From the NCBI GenBank assembly GCA_963727775.1, contig CAVSHB010000003.1:416001-480000 (forward strand): 64,000 nt of DNA. Direction: 5' to 3'. The DNA comes from an uncultured Nitrospiraceae bacterium. Lineage in GTDB: Bacteria; Nitrospirota; Thermodesulfovibrionia; Thermodesulfovibrionales; SM23-35. A program made the position numbers and the translations under genes. Positions 10,323-21,200 of this stretch are shown here, piece after piece. The notes below the pieces were generated by a model that did not search any database, was not told the DNA's origin, and was given only the letters and a program-made list of their open reading frames with translations. The first letter of the stretch is position 1. Every line of letters begins with the position of its first letter.

Positions 10323-10979
10323 ATGGCGATTAAGCTTGTGATGTTTGATCTTGACGGTACCCTGGTCGATACGAGCAGGGATATAACGAATGCTTTGAAT
10401 TATGCATTGAATTCAAGCGGGCTTCAAAGTGTTACTGTAGGGGATACAATAAGGATGGTTGGTGAAGGCGTTACAAGGCTTATAGAAAAAGTTCTTGGAA
10501 AAGAGAAGATCCATGCCAAAGCAAAGGTAATCAAGACGTTTCTTGAATATTACTCGGCGCATCTGACAGACTATTCCAGTGTATACCCTTATGTGAAGGA
10601 GACGCTGGAGATACTCAGCGGGGTCAGGAAAGCAGTAATATCCAATAAAAGAGAGGACCTTTCAAGGAATCTCCTCAATAAACTGGACCTCCTGAAATAT
10701 TTTGAGATTGTCGCCGGCGGAGACACTACTGCTGAAAAAAAACCCTCCGCTATGCCGATCATGTATATACTCGATAAACTCGCGGTTAGGGAACAAGAAG
10801 CAATAATGGTAGGCGACACCAACTATGATATTGATGCAGGCAAAAAGGCAGGGGTAAAAACAGTAGCTGTTACCTATGGTTTCCGGGAAAAAAAATATCT
10901 TGTAGGTGCGGATTATATGGTAGACAGCATGAAAGATATTCTGGGTATTCTTGACATTGATTATTCTAAATTCATATAA
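10323..10979 (+). CDS. HAD-IA hydrolase (phosphoglycolate phosphatase-like)
   Basis: FDLDGTLVDT motif I, KKPS, MVGDTNYDIDAGKKAG. Confidence 0.9.
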   Translation: MAIKLVMFDLDGTLVDTSRDITNALNYALNSSGLQSVTVGDTIRMVGEGVTRLIEKVLGKEKIHAKAKVIKTFLEYYSAHLTDYSSVYPYVKETLEILSGVRKAVISNKREDLSRNLLNKLDLLKYFEIVAGGDTTAEKKPSAMPIMYILDKLAVREQEAIMVGDTNYDIDAGKKAGVKTVAVTYGFREKKYLVGADYMVDSMKDILGILDIDYSKFI

Positions 10980-11031
10980 TTTCAATTCGAGCTAATTCCG
11001 GAAATATCCATAATTGGATAAGTTTTTATTT

Positions 11032-11105
<74 letters not shown>

Positions 11106-11119
11106 CTGGAGAAAAAAGT

Positions 11120-11196
11120 GGTGAGTGTAGCTCAATGGTTAGAGCACTGGACTGTGGCTCCAGTGGTTGGGGGTTCGAGTCCCCTCACTCACCCCA
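11120..11196 (+). tRNA. tRNA-His (GTG)
   Basis: G-1, CTGGA-CTGTGGC-TCCAG anticodon arm, GGTTCGAGTCC, encoded CCA. Confidence 0.95.
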
Positions 11197-11319
11197 GATA
11201 AATTTTGCTTGGCGAAATTTGCAGTTAAGAGGTTGCTAAGTAAAGTTATAAATTAATGGATGAAATTATAATCATTAAGTCCTTAAATCTTAATTTTCAA
11301 GTTTTAACTTTTGTAACAT

Positions 11320-11393
11320 GCGCCTGTAGCTCAGTGGATTAGAGCATCGGCCTCCGGAGCCGAGGGTCGGAGGTTCGAATCCTCTCAGGCGCG
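11320..11393 (+). tRNA. tRNA-Arg (CCG)
   Basis: TCGGC-CTCCGGA-GCCGA anticodon arm, GGTTCGAATCC. Confidence 0.95.
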
Positions 11394-11407
11394 CTTTCAT
11401 AGCATGT

Positions 11408-11485
<78 letters not shown>

Positions 11486-11505
11486 TAAAATCAAGGGGTT
11501 ACGCA

Positions 11506-12345
11506 TTACGTGTTTCCCCCGTTTTCAAGTGAACTGTCACCCTGTCTGTCTTTTTTCCCCAGATCGGTCAACCTCTCGATAGCCTCCTTTTCAAACTCCT
11601 CGGGAATCTGCACGTAGTATTTCATTGTCGTTTCAATATTGCTATGACCCATCCATTTCTGAAGAGTCTTGGGAGGTACCGCCGCCATAGCACATCTTGT
11701 TCCAAACGTCCTTCTCAAATCATGAATCCGTGCGTCTTCGATACCAGCACGCTTGCACGCACTCTTGTAGGCCCGCTTAAAGTCTCGGGGCGGTTTCATA
11801 CCTTTACCAAATATATACCCTGCTTTCCCGGTTCGCGCCTTCACGCGTCTTTCGAAAATTTCTCGTGCCCTCTTGTTCACGGGCACGAACCTAGTTTTGC
11901 CGCCCTTTCCCAAAAGTCGCAGCATACCAGTTTCAAAATTGATATCTGCGACTCGAATGTTTAAAAGCTCTTTTTTCCTCGGCCCACAGTTCAACGTAAT
12001 CTCGATCTTATCCTGCAAATCGATAGCCTCTGTTTCGGTCAGCCCGGTGGCCTTTTTCGGGATCTTTGGCGTTTCATCCGGGTAAAATTCTTCTATCGTG
12101 ATGCGGTTAAGTCTTATCAAGTCGACCTTCTCCCCTGTTTCTTCATATTTTTTTCTGAGTGCTTTGAGGCGTCTTGTAGGTTCTACCTTGCCACTGTACA
12201 TTTTGATGACTTTATCATATAGGTGAACTCCCAATAAGATGTTATTCAGCCACTCTATGGTATTTGTACTATGAGTCTCTGGTCCAAACCCACCGCTCAA
12301 CAGAGCCTGACAGATCTTTTCAATACTATGTTTCTTCAAATTCAT
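11506..12345 (-). CDS. Tyrosine recombinase/integrase, catalytic half
   Basis: R (GPRKKELL), K (GKGGK), HDLRR, MGH and TMKYY catalytic residues all present. Confidence 0.85.
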   Translation of the reverse strand: MNLKKHSIEKICQALLSGGFGPETHSTNTIEWLNNILLGVHLYDKVIKMYSGKVEPTRRLKALRKKYEETGEKVDLIRLNRITIEEFYPDETPKIPKKATGLTETEAIDLQDKIEITLNCGPRKKELLNIRVADINFETGMLRLLGKGGKTRFVPVNKRAREIFERRVKARTGKAGYIFGKGMKPPRDFKRAYKSACKRAGIEDARIHDLRRTFGTRCAMAAVPPKTLQKWMGHSNIETTMKYYVQIPEEFEKEAIERLTDLGKKDRQGDSSLENGGNT

Positions 12346-12946
12346 CCTCTCGAAATTCTCCAGAGCCCCTCTTGCATTCGCTGAGAAGTCTGTCGATTTC
12401 GGCCGTCGTGAAAATGCGTAAGCGTGCCTCTTCTTTTTTCAGCTTCATTTTCTCTCCATTATTTTGAGCCTTGCACGGATTCGAGCCTTTTCTGCGAAAT
12501 CCCCAGCTCTCAGCTTTCGTAAAAATGCCTTTGAGGACTGCAAACTCCCTATTTGCCATATATACCGAAACCTGGCCGTATCGACGAGTCAAATAGTTGT
12601 CGACATTCAGACGTTCAACCGCTTCCATAGATATTTGACCGAATTCGGCAACAAGCTTTTTGCATATGCTTTTGTAATCAAATTGTGTTTTTTCCCGCAA
12701 TGACTTAGCATGCTTTGGAAGGTAGTACTCGTTCACGAATTCGCCAAAAGCGGCCTGCTTAATTTTTCGTTCAGGGAATATTTTCCATTCGCGAATTTGC
12801 TCTTTGAGTTTTGCCTCATACTCGCGGGCAAGAGTCTTACGAGTAGTGCCGCAAGTGAAATACTGCATTTTACCGAACTCATTTCTCAAACGCACATCAA
12901 ATATCCCTGTCTTTTTCCCATTTTTGTCTCTTCGCTCTACTATCAT
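12326..12946 (-). CDS. Tyrosine integrase N-terminal half (arm- and core-binding domains)
   Basis: ANREFAVLKGIFTKAESWG...NP...RLRIFTTAEIDRLL is typical of the core-binding/catalytic junction; overlaps the next ORF by 20 nt in another frame. Confidence 0.8.
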   Translation of the reverse strand: MIVERRDKNGKKTGIFDVRLRNEFGKMQYFTCGTTRKTLAREYEAKLKEQIREWKIFPERKIKQAAFGEFVNEYYLPKHAKSLREKTQFDYKSICKKLVAEFGQISMEAVERLNVDNYLTRRYGQVSVYMANREFAVLKGIFTKAESWGFRRKGSNPCKAQNNGEKMKLKKEEARLRIFTTAEIDRLLSECKRGSGEFREDEFEET

Positions 12947-12949
12947 TTA

Positions 12950-13156
12950 CTAATTGAACCCGCCGGCTTCTTCAATCGCAACAACGTAAGATAATGGAAA
13001 ACGCACAATTCGGCCGAGTTTGAGCGGTTTTAGTTTCCCTTTCATAACATGAACCCGTAAGGTATGTACTGGCATCTGCCATCTATGGGAAAGATCCCCG
13101 TATGTTAGGTGAGGCTCACTTGCGGCCACTATTTTTGTGTCAGTTCTAATATCCAT
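12950..13156 (-). CDS. Excisionase-like HTH protein
   Basis: 68 aa, HLTYGDLSHRWQMPVHTLR...GKLKPLKLGRIVRF; directly upstream of int. Confidence 0.75.
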   Translation of the reverse strand: MDIRTDTKIVAASEPHLTYGDLSHRWQMPVHTLRVHVMKGKLKPLKLGRIVRFPLSYVVAIEEAGGFN

Positions 13157-13185
13157 AAAGACTCCTTAAGTGTGTTTAATTAATC

Positions 13186-13275
13186 TAAGTTAACATAGCT
13201 GAACCCTCTATGTCAAGCGAGTTTAATTTAACACTATAATAAATCTTGAGTTATGGATTAAAACATGTTAACTTA
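13186..13275. promoter_or_regulatory. Candidate operator pair in the xis/repressor divergent region
   Basis: TAAGTTAACAT (13186-13196) and its perfect inverse ATGTTAACTTA (13265-13275). Confidence 0.5.
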
Positions 13276-13296
13276 AACTGAATTGACGAGATCGAT

Positions 13297-14205
13297 ATGG
13301 TTATTAACTATGAAAACATAATGAGAAACTTGAAACGTATTCGCAGAGACAAGAAATTATCTCAGCAGAATGTGGCTCAAAGATTAGGTGTGACTAAGGC
13401 TACAATAAGCTTGATTGAGTCTGGTAAGCTGTTTCCTTCTTTTGATATCATCAGCAATATTCCAGCTGCACTTGGGTGCCACACTATTGAGATACATGCT
13501 TTCGATCCTGAAACAGTAAATGCCTTTGAAAGTGTAATCGGAAGAGTACAGGACAGCTATGAGGTTGTGCTACCGCATGAGCATATATTGTCAGCAATTG
13601 CTAAGCATATTGGCGATATTCAAAGCCTTGGCAATAGATCTATGTATATCTATTTCAGAATCGAGTTCTTGAATAGGATACTGAAATTTTTTTCTTGGTT
13701 AAGTCAAGAGACTATTGAACGAATATTCGCCAAAGAAAGACCTGTTGCGAGGGACATTGCAATTTTCTTGGATTCGCTGCCGGATAATATCCTTAAAGAG
13801 GCCATTGGCAATAGAAAACTATCTGCATCGAAAACAGATGAAAACACCGGTAAAATGCTATTGAATTATATCAAAGATGAAAAATGCCTAGATTTGGAAG
13901 AGTCTCCCCCCTTGGAAGGTAACTACATTGCACCTATAATAGGAACCTATCTGGGTTTTGAGATACTTCCTAAGAATAGGCTGGAGCGATATTTAGATTT
14001 AATCACAGACATCCTCCGCAATAGGCCCGATCTTCTGCCATTGTTATACGTCACTATCAAGAAATTAAGCGAGGCACCTCGCATAGATAATCAGGACATG
14101 AATGATCTTAGGCACTATAAAGAATTGCCGGGAGACAAAATGTTTTTCGAAAGCAGGGTTGGAATTTATAAGACCATTGAGATCGACCCTCTTCCAGAGA
14201 ATTAG
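13297..14205 (+). CDS. XRE-family HTH repressor with long C-terminal domain
   Basis: LKRIRRDKKLSQQNVAQRLGVTKATISLIESGK; divergent from xis-int. Confidence 0.8.
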   Translation: MVINYENIMRNLKRIRRDKKLSQQNVAQRLGVTKATISLIESGKLFPSFDIISNIPAALGCHTIEIHAFDPETVNAFESVIGRVQDSYEVVLPHEHILSAIAKHIGDIQSLGNRSMYIYFRIEFLNRILKFFSWLSQETIERIFAKERPVARDIAIFLDSLPDNILKEAIGNRKLSASKTDENTGKMLLNYIKDEKCLDLEESPPLEGNYIAPIIGTYLGFEILPKNRLERYLDLITDILRNRPDLLPLLYVTIKKLSEAPRIDNQDMNDLRHYKELPGDKMFFESRVGIYKTIEIDPLPEN

Positions 14206-14611
14206 CCAACTCCGTGCCCTGAAGGCCCTTCGCTTCCTAATGATATATGGAAATTCCGAAGTAGTTCGGACACTACCAAGACCGTTTTAGATGTCGTAGT
14301 TATCTTGTGGCATGGCAGAGAATCACAATTAGCCCTAAACACAGAAGTTCACCTGACGAACCCTCACTCTCATGGAACAGAAACTTTATAATTGCATTGG
14401 AATAAAACACCATCGGAAAAACCTGAGGGCGTGTAGTACAGCCACAAAGTGTTAAAAATAGATCAACTTGAGGATTCAAGATTTCTTCCTGCTACTCCGC
14501 ACACTCGATATTTTCCAGAAGATGCGAAGTACCGCATACAAAGAGTGAGCATCGTGGCATGATGAATCTGGTTATTACCGATGGAAACGATTATATAACG
14601 AACGTCTTATG

Positions 14612-15142
14612 TCATTCTGCCTCAAATGCCACGTTCACCCAATAGTTTGCGGATTGGTAAGTATTGACCGTGAAACCGACAGGTCCGAACAAATAGACAC
14701 TATTGCTGCCGTCCTCTCCATTAGCCAGGAAGCAAAGCGCTCCGTTGTTCACAGCTGTTGCGAAATACCCTACCGTATAGACAAATATGTTCGTGTGGTA
14801 AGAAGCAATGTATGTGGTATTGGCAGTGACAGATACAGGAGTTGCGAAATCCACCTGCTGCCATCCTCCTGAGGTCTCATTGGTGAATGTAGCTGACGCA
14901 AGAAGATTGCCACTTCTATCCCATAAATGAGCGCTATGCGTGCCGGTTGTCAACATTGACTTTATAGAACCGAATGCCCGTAACAATGCCGCTGAGACCG
15001 AAGCCCCGAACTTAACGCTAACACCAAGCTCAACCTTATTGCATGCTGTACTGGTCTGATACTGGGGCGCTAAATTGCCCCACATTGTGTAGGAAGGCGC
15101 GGGGGATACGATTGTTACGGTAAGAGCGGACGAAGGAGTCAA
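14612..15142 (-). pseudogene. DUF4082-like domain fragment
   Basis: VELGV.KF, HLWDRSGNLLASATFTNETSGGWQQVDF, YIASYHT, ANYWVNVAF; TTG start, no signal peptide. Confidence 0.6.
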
Positions 15143-15244
15143 CCTTGATGGCCTCTCACAGAGTCAGAATAAACCAATGGATGCATTAGATCCCGCAGGA
15201 TGGGTTTCGCGTCTGAATTTCTCTCTGAAGCCGTTCAATTATAA

Positions 15245-18200
15245 TTAATGAATATGGTTCACGGTACCAGTAACTATCGTGTACGACGCGTTTGGAGTGG
15301 CATCGTTAAAATGGAAAGTGTAACTCACAGGCAAAAGTTGCATATCCTGAGTGAATGTTCGCCAAGAACCCGCGTAGTATTGAATACAACTGCCACTGTC
15401 GGAATGAACATCACCCGTCTGGAAGACGACCGTTGAATTAGTGGCGACGTTCTGAGATACCTGCTGCGTGGCTCCCCCATAGGTCATGCTGAAGCTGTAA
15501 GTGAGCGGCAATAGCTCCTTTGTAACTAAACCGCCTGAAGTATTGCCGATATTTAGCCACGATCCCGCATAGTACTGCACCGTGCCCGTATCCATCAGAT
15601 TGTTGGCGCTATTCAGGAGTTCTACCGTAACTTTCGTGGTCTGGAAGACGACTGTTGAATTAGTGGCGATATTCTGAGATACCTGCTGCGTGGCTCCCCC
15701 ATAGGTCATGCTGAAGCTGTAGGTCTGCGGCAACAGCTCCTTGGTAACCACGCCGCCTGATGTGCTACCAATATTTATCCACGATCCCGCATAGTACTGC
15801 GCCGTACCCGTATCCATCAGATTGTTGGCGTTATTCAGGAGTTCCACCGTTACCTTCGTCGTCTGGAAGACAACTGTTGAATTAGTCGCGATGTTCTGGG
15901 ACACCTGCTGCATGGCTCCTCCATATGTCATACTGAAGCTGTAAGTGAGCGGCAACAGCTCCTTTGTAACTAGGCCACCCGAGGTGCTGCCTATATTTAG
16001 CCACGATCCGGCATAGTACTGGACCGTACCGGTATCCATCAGATTGTTGGCGCTATTCAGAAGCTCCACCGTGACCTTCGTAGTCTGGAAAACGACTGTT
16101 GAATTAGTGGAGACGTTCTGAGATTTCTGCTGGGTCGCTCCCCCATAGGTCATACTGAAGCTGTAGGTAGTGAGAGACGACAACACTTGAGTAACCCGAC
16201 CAGTTGCGTCCGTCGTTCCAAAGGCTTTCCAGCTCCCAGAGTAATACTGTACTACGCCGCCGCTAAGCGGATTGCCCTGGCTATCCATAAGCTGAACGGT
16301 TACCGCATTGGGGTTTCTTGTAAAGGTCACAGTGACGGTTTGAGCAGCAGTGATGTTCGGTATAGTCCAAGTGCTGCCCGACAGGGTGCCCTGAGAAACG
16401 CTAGCCGTATAGCCGGTGTTCGTAGTAACCGTAAAGGTGGCCGTCCCTCCGTAACTGACGGACTGGCTTGATGGGGTCACCGTGCCGCCCGTTGGATCAC
16501 CCCCAACCGCAGCCGTAACTGTGTAGGTGCCGGTAACAAATGAAGCTGATACCGTACAGCCCAGTGTGATCGGTCCCGTCGTGTAGGTGCTGCCGGAAAG
16601 CGTTCCTCCACATCCGCTTACCGCCGCTATTTGGTAGCCTAGGTTCGGGGTAACTGTAAACGCTGTGGTAGCATTGTAATTCACAGTCTGCGGTGTGTTC
16701 GGACTTATGCTCCCATTGCTCCCTGCAGACGGCGTAACAGTGTAAGTATTAATCGCAGAGCTTGCACTGATGGTGTGATTCGCTGTCACATAGCTGAAAG
16801 TGTAATTCGCAACCGCTCCCACAGATGCGCCATCTACGAGCACGCTTGAAATATGATATCCGGTATTCGGTGTAATCGTAAAAGCCTGATTAGCACCGTA
16901 GACAACTGACACAGGTCCCGAAGGTGAGATACTCCCGTTTGCGTCTGAAGACGCGGTGATGACATACGCATTGACCGTAAGGCTTGCCGTTGCCGTCTTG
17001 CCACTGTACGTGCCAGTCACTGTGTGTGCCCCTGCCATGGTCGCCGTGCAGGTGGCTCCCGTGCATGAACTATCCGGCGAGATCGAGAAAACCGTCGAAC
17101 CCGTTACGTCCCCAAGGCTGTTGCCGTATTGATCGAATGCCTGGGCTGTGTAACTCTGGGTGCCTCCTGAATTTATCGTTGCGGTTGCAGGACTAATCGA
17201 GATGTGATCCAAAGCACCGGGTTGCACCGCAATGCTTCCGCTCGTGCCATTTATCGCCGGCATTGCACTGTCCGTTGCGGTTACAGTTTGACTGCCTGTC
17301 GTCTTTAACGTCGTCTCAGCGCTGAATGTGTGGCTGCCATTGTCTACAGGCTGGAACACATAGTTCACAGGCACTACCGCCTGCGCATCGGTGCTCGTGA
17401 ACTGCACCGAGCCTCCATAAACGGTAACGGTATTGCCATAGGCGTCCTTAGCGGTAGCTGTTATATCGAAGGCTACCCCCGCTGTTGCACTGGCAGGTGC
17501 CGTCACGCTGAACTTCGTAGCTACATTGGGACTTACCGCAATGCTTCCGCTCGTCCCGGTAACCGAAGAGATGACCGTGTCTATCCCGGTCACTGTCTGC
17601 GTACCAGATGTCTCAAGAACCACACCGGAGGCAAAGATATGGCTGCCATTGTCACTGGACTGAAAGACGTAATCGCCGGGCAACACGACACCGGCGTGCA
17701 AGTCCGTGCTCGTAAAGTGCACCGTCCCAAGGTAGTCGGCTACTATGTTATTGTAGTTATCTTTCGCCGTTACCGTAAGATCGAAGGCTTTCCCCGCCGT
17801 TGCTATGACCGGTGCAGTTAAACTAAAGGCAACCACAGCACCGGGATTGATTGTAAGACTGCTTGTAGCAGTGACGCCGCCATTGGTACCCGTAACCGTG
17901 TGTGCCCCAGCCACTGTTGCCGTGCAGGTGGAACCCGTGCATGAACCATCCGGGCTAATTGTGAAAATCGTTGAGGCGGTTACATCACCCAGACTGTTTC
18001 TATATGTATCAGAACCCTGCGCGGTATAGCTTTCGCTCGCTCCCGCAGAGATCGTTGCAGTCGCAGGGCTAATCGTCATGGAGCTAAGAGCTCCCGCATT
18101 CACGGTGAGGCTTGCCGTTGCCGTCTTGCCACTGTAGGTGCCTGTAACCGTATGTGCCCCTGCCATGGTCGCCGTACAGGTGGAACCCGTGCATGAACCG

Positions 18201-21200
18201 TCAGGACTGATCGTAAAGGTCGTCGAGCCGGTCACGTCCCCCAGGCTGTTGTTGGACACATCAAAGCCCGTTGCCGTATAACTCTGGCTGCCCCTTGGAC
18301 CAATCGTGGCCATTGCGGGGCTGATTACGATGTGATCAAGGACGGACGTCATGGTTACGATATTTACAGTGGTACCTGCCGAGGGACTTTCTACGTTACC
18401 AGTGTTATCCACTGCGCTGCTCATGATGGTAAAAGGCCCCGTCTGCGTCGGCGTCCAGGTGTAAGACCAGCTAGTTGTTCCTGTTGCTGCCTGCCATGTC
18501 ATTCCTCCATCTGTTGACACCTTAACCTGTGTGACGACTCCCCCCCCTGTATCTGCGGCAGTGCCCGTGATTCTCAATGGACTGCTTACCGGCAGTGTAG
18601 CCCCGCTTTGAGGTGACGTTATATCAGATACCGGCACCGTCTTACTAGGAGAAATCGTATTAATATTGAACGTGGCTATGACATAACTTGGTGCATCTAT
18701 TGTTACTGTGCATGTGCCTGTCCCCGAGCATCCCCCACCTGACCACCCAGCAAAAGCTGAATTAGCACCAGGTGCCGCCGTTAGGGTAACCAGTGTGCTT
18801 GAATTAAAGGACCCGACACATGCCGCGCCACAATTTATGCCGGATGGGTTACTGGTCACCGCGCCTGTACCCGTACCCATATTTGTAACTGCCAGCATAT
18901 ACTCCTGCGAACCGGTACATACACCCCCACCTGAAACATTTGTGCCTGCTGCAACTGCGCTACTTGCTTGTGGAGTAACGGAGGTGTCAACTCCTATCAC
19001 GCTGGTATTAGTTACAGTCGCATTCGTAGCAAACCCTGATATATTTGTGCCCCCTATTAGCCCCGCCGTACAGCCGGACATATTTCCATATAAGTCAACC
19101 TTTAAAACATCTATATTCGTAAAACCTAGGGCCGAGGAATTGGTATCCCCCGCGACGATGTATCCACCATCGGCAGTCAGCTGGGCAGAAATAGGCCATA
19201 TATAACCTGCCCCGCCATAGATATTCTGCCAAGTGCCGGGGAAACCCGGACCGACATTACCGCTACTGGCAAGTTTCATGAGCAATAAGTTATCACCACC
19301 GTTGCCAAATGACTCGGTATCAATTGCAACAACGTATCCACCATCTGTGGTCTGACGGATGGAATTCGCGGCATCATAAGTTGCACCGCCATAGGTATTC
19401 TGCCATGCAATAGTCCCGTCAGTATTGAGCTTAATTACCCAGGCAGTGGTATTGCCTGCACCAAATGAATCGGTATATCCAGATGTTATATACCCCCCGT
19501 CTGCCGTCTGCTGGATGGAATTGGCCCAATCACAATTTGCACCGCCATAGGTCTTCTGCCATGCGATAGTCCCATCCGCATTGAGCTTAATTATCCAGGC
19601 ATTGCAATTGCCTACACCAAATGAATTCGTCCCACCAGCTACAATATATCCTCCGTCCGTCGTCTGTTGGATAGAATTGGCCCAATCATAATTTGCACCG
19701 CCATAGGTTTTCTGCCATACGATAGTCCCGTCCGCATTGAGTTTCATTACCCACACATCGCCATTACCTGCACCAAACGAACTGGTTCCACCACCTACAA
19801 TATACCCCCCGTCTGTGGTCTGCTGGATAGATTGCGCTTCGTCATAAATCGTGCCGCCATAGGTATTCTGCCATGCAATAGTCCCGTCCGCATTGAGCTT
19901 TATTACCCACGCATTGCCATTGCCAGCACCAAATGAATCGGTATATCCGGATGCTATATACCCTCCGTCTGTGGTCTGCTGGATGGAATCGAACCACTCA
20001 TCGCCAGGGCTGCCATAGGTTTTCTGCCACTGCACAAACCCAGTTGAATCAAGTTTCATTACCCATGCATCCAAACCCCCTGCACCAAATGAATTGGTAT
20101 TTCCAGCCACAATATATCCCCCGTCCGTCGTCCGCTGGATGACACTGACACTCTCATTATCTGCCGCGCTGCCATAGGTCTTTGCCCATGTGCTCTGGGC
20201 ACCTGAAGAATTTGACAGTGGAACACTTGTCGTCGGGTTAACGGGATCATTTGAACTTATCGTAAATGTTGAATTGAAGATACCCGTTGATTGAGGGCTG
20301 AACGTCACGGTTACTGTGCAACTGGCGCTCGGCGAAAGAGTAGCCGTTGCGCTTCCGCATGGATTTGATCCGCCATTTATATTTAAGGCATAATTTACAC
20401 TATCCGATAATGTCATGCTTGTGATGTTCAAGTTCGCCGCGCCACTATTGGAAATAGCTATTGTCACAGGCAATGAAGTTCCCACCGGTGCATTTCCAAA
20501 GTTGAAGCTTGCGGGAGATACTGATATTTGAGGCTGAATCGGCATAAATACCGCGGTAACATTTGCGCCATTATTCATTGTTATTGCACACGTTCCTGAA
20601 CCGCTGCACACACCTCCTGACCATCCTACGAATACTGACCCGGCATCTGGAGTTGCCGTCAGCGCTACGGTCATATTGTTTCCATAGTAATATGTGCAGA
20701 TAGATCCGCAGTCCATGCCAGAGGGAGAACTCGTTATAGTTCCACTTCCTGAGCCGGACTTCGTCACTGTTACAGGAACTTTCTGATTAAACGTAGCGGT
20801 GAGGCTTGTATCAGCATTCATTGTGACTGTGCATGTATCCGTACCACTGCAACCCCCGCCCGACCATCCTGCAAAGGTGGATATCAAATCCGCCACAGCT
20901 GTCAGTGTCACATGCTGACCCTGAAGATACAATGATGAGCAGGTGCTGCCGCAATTTATTCCTGACGGATTACTTGTTATGGTTCCAGTTCCGAGACCGG
21001 GCTCGTTTAAGGTTAAGGTATAAGTTTGATTAGATGTGGACACGTTAGTACTGTTTCCATTGATTCTTAAAACCAGCACATCGCCTGCATCCCCGTTAGA
21101 CCTTTCGCCAACAACCACTATTTTCCCGTCAGGCTGCAGGGCCATCCCCTTACCCGAATCTCCTCCAGATACCGCGTCATTATAGGTTATGATTCCGTTT

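Noticed and set aside
15270..16300. Regular repeats considered as a CRISPR array or DGR template/variable pair
   Set aside because: 222-bp in-frame coding repeats without spacers; no cas or reverse transcriptase gene in the window
19300..20190. ~150-bp periodic repeats
   Set aside because: Explained by WQKTYGG beta-propeller blades of the giant protein
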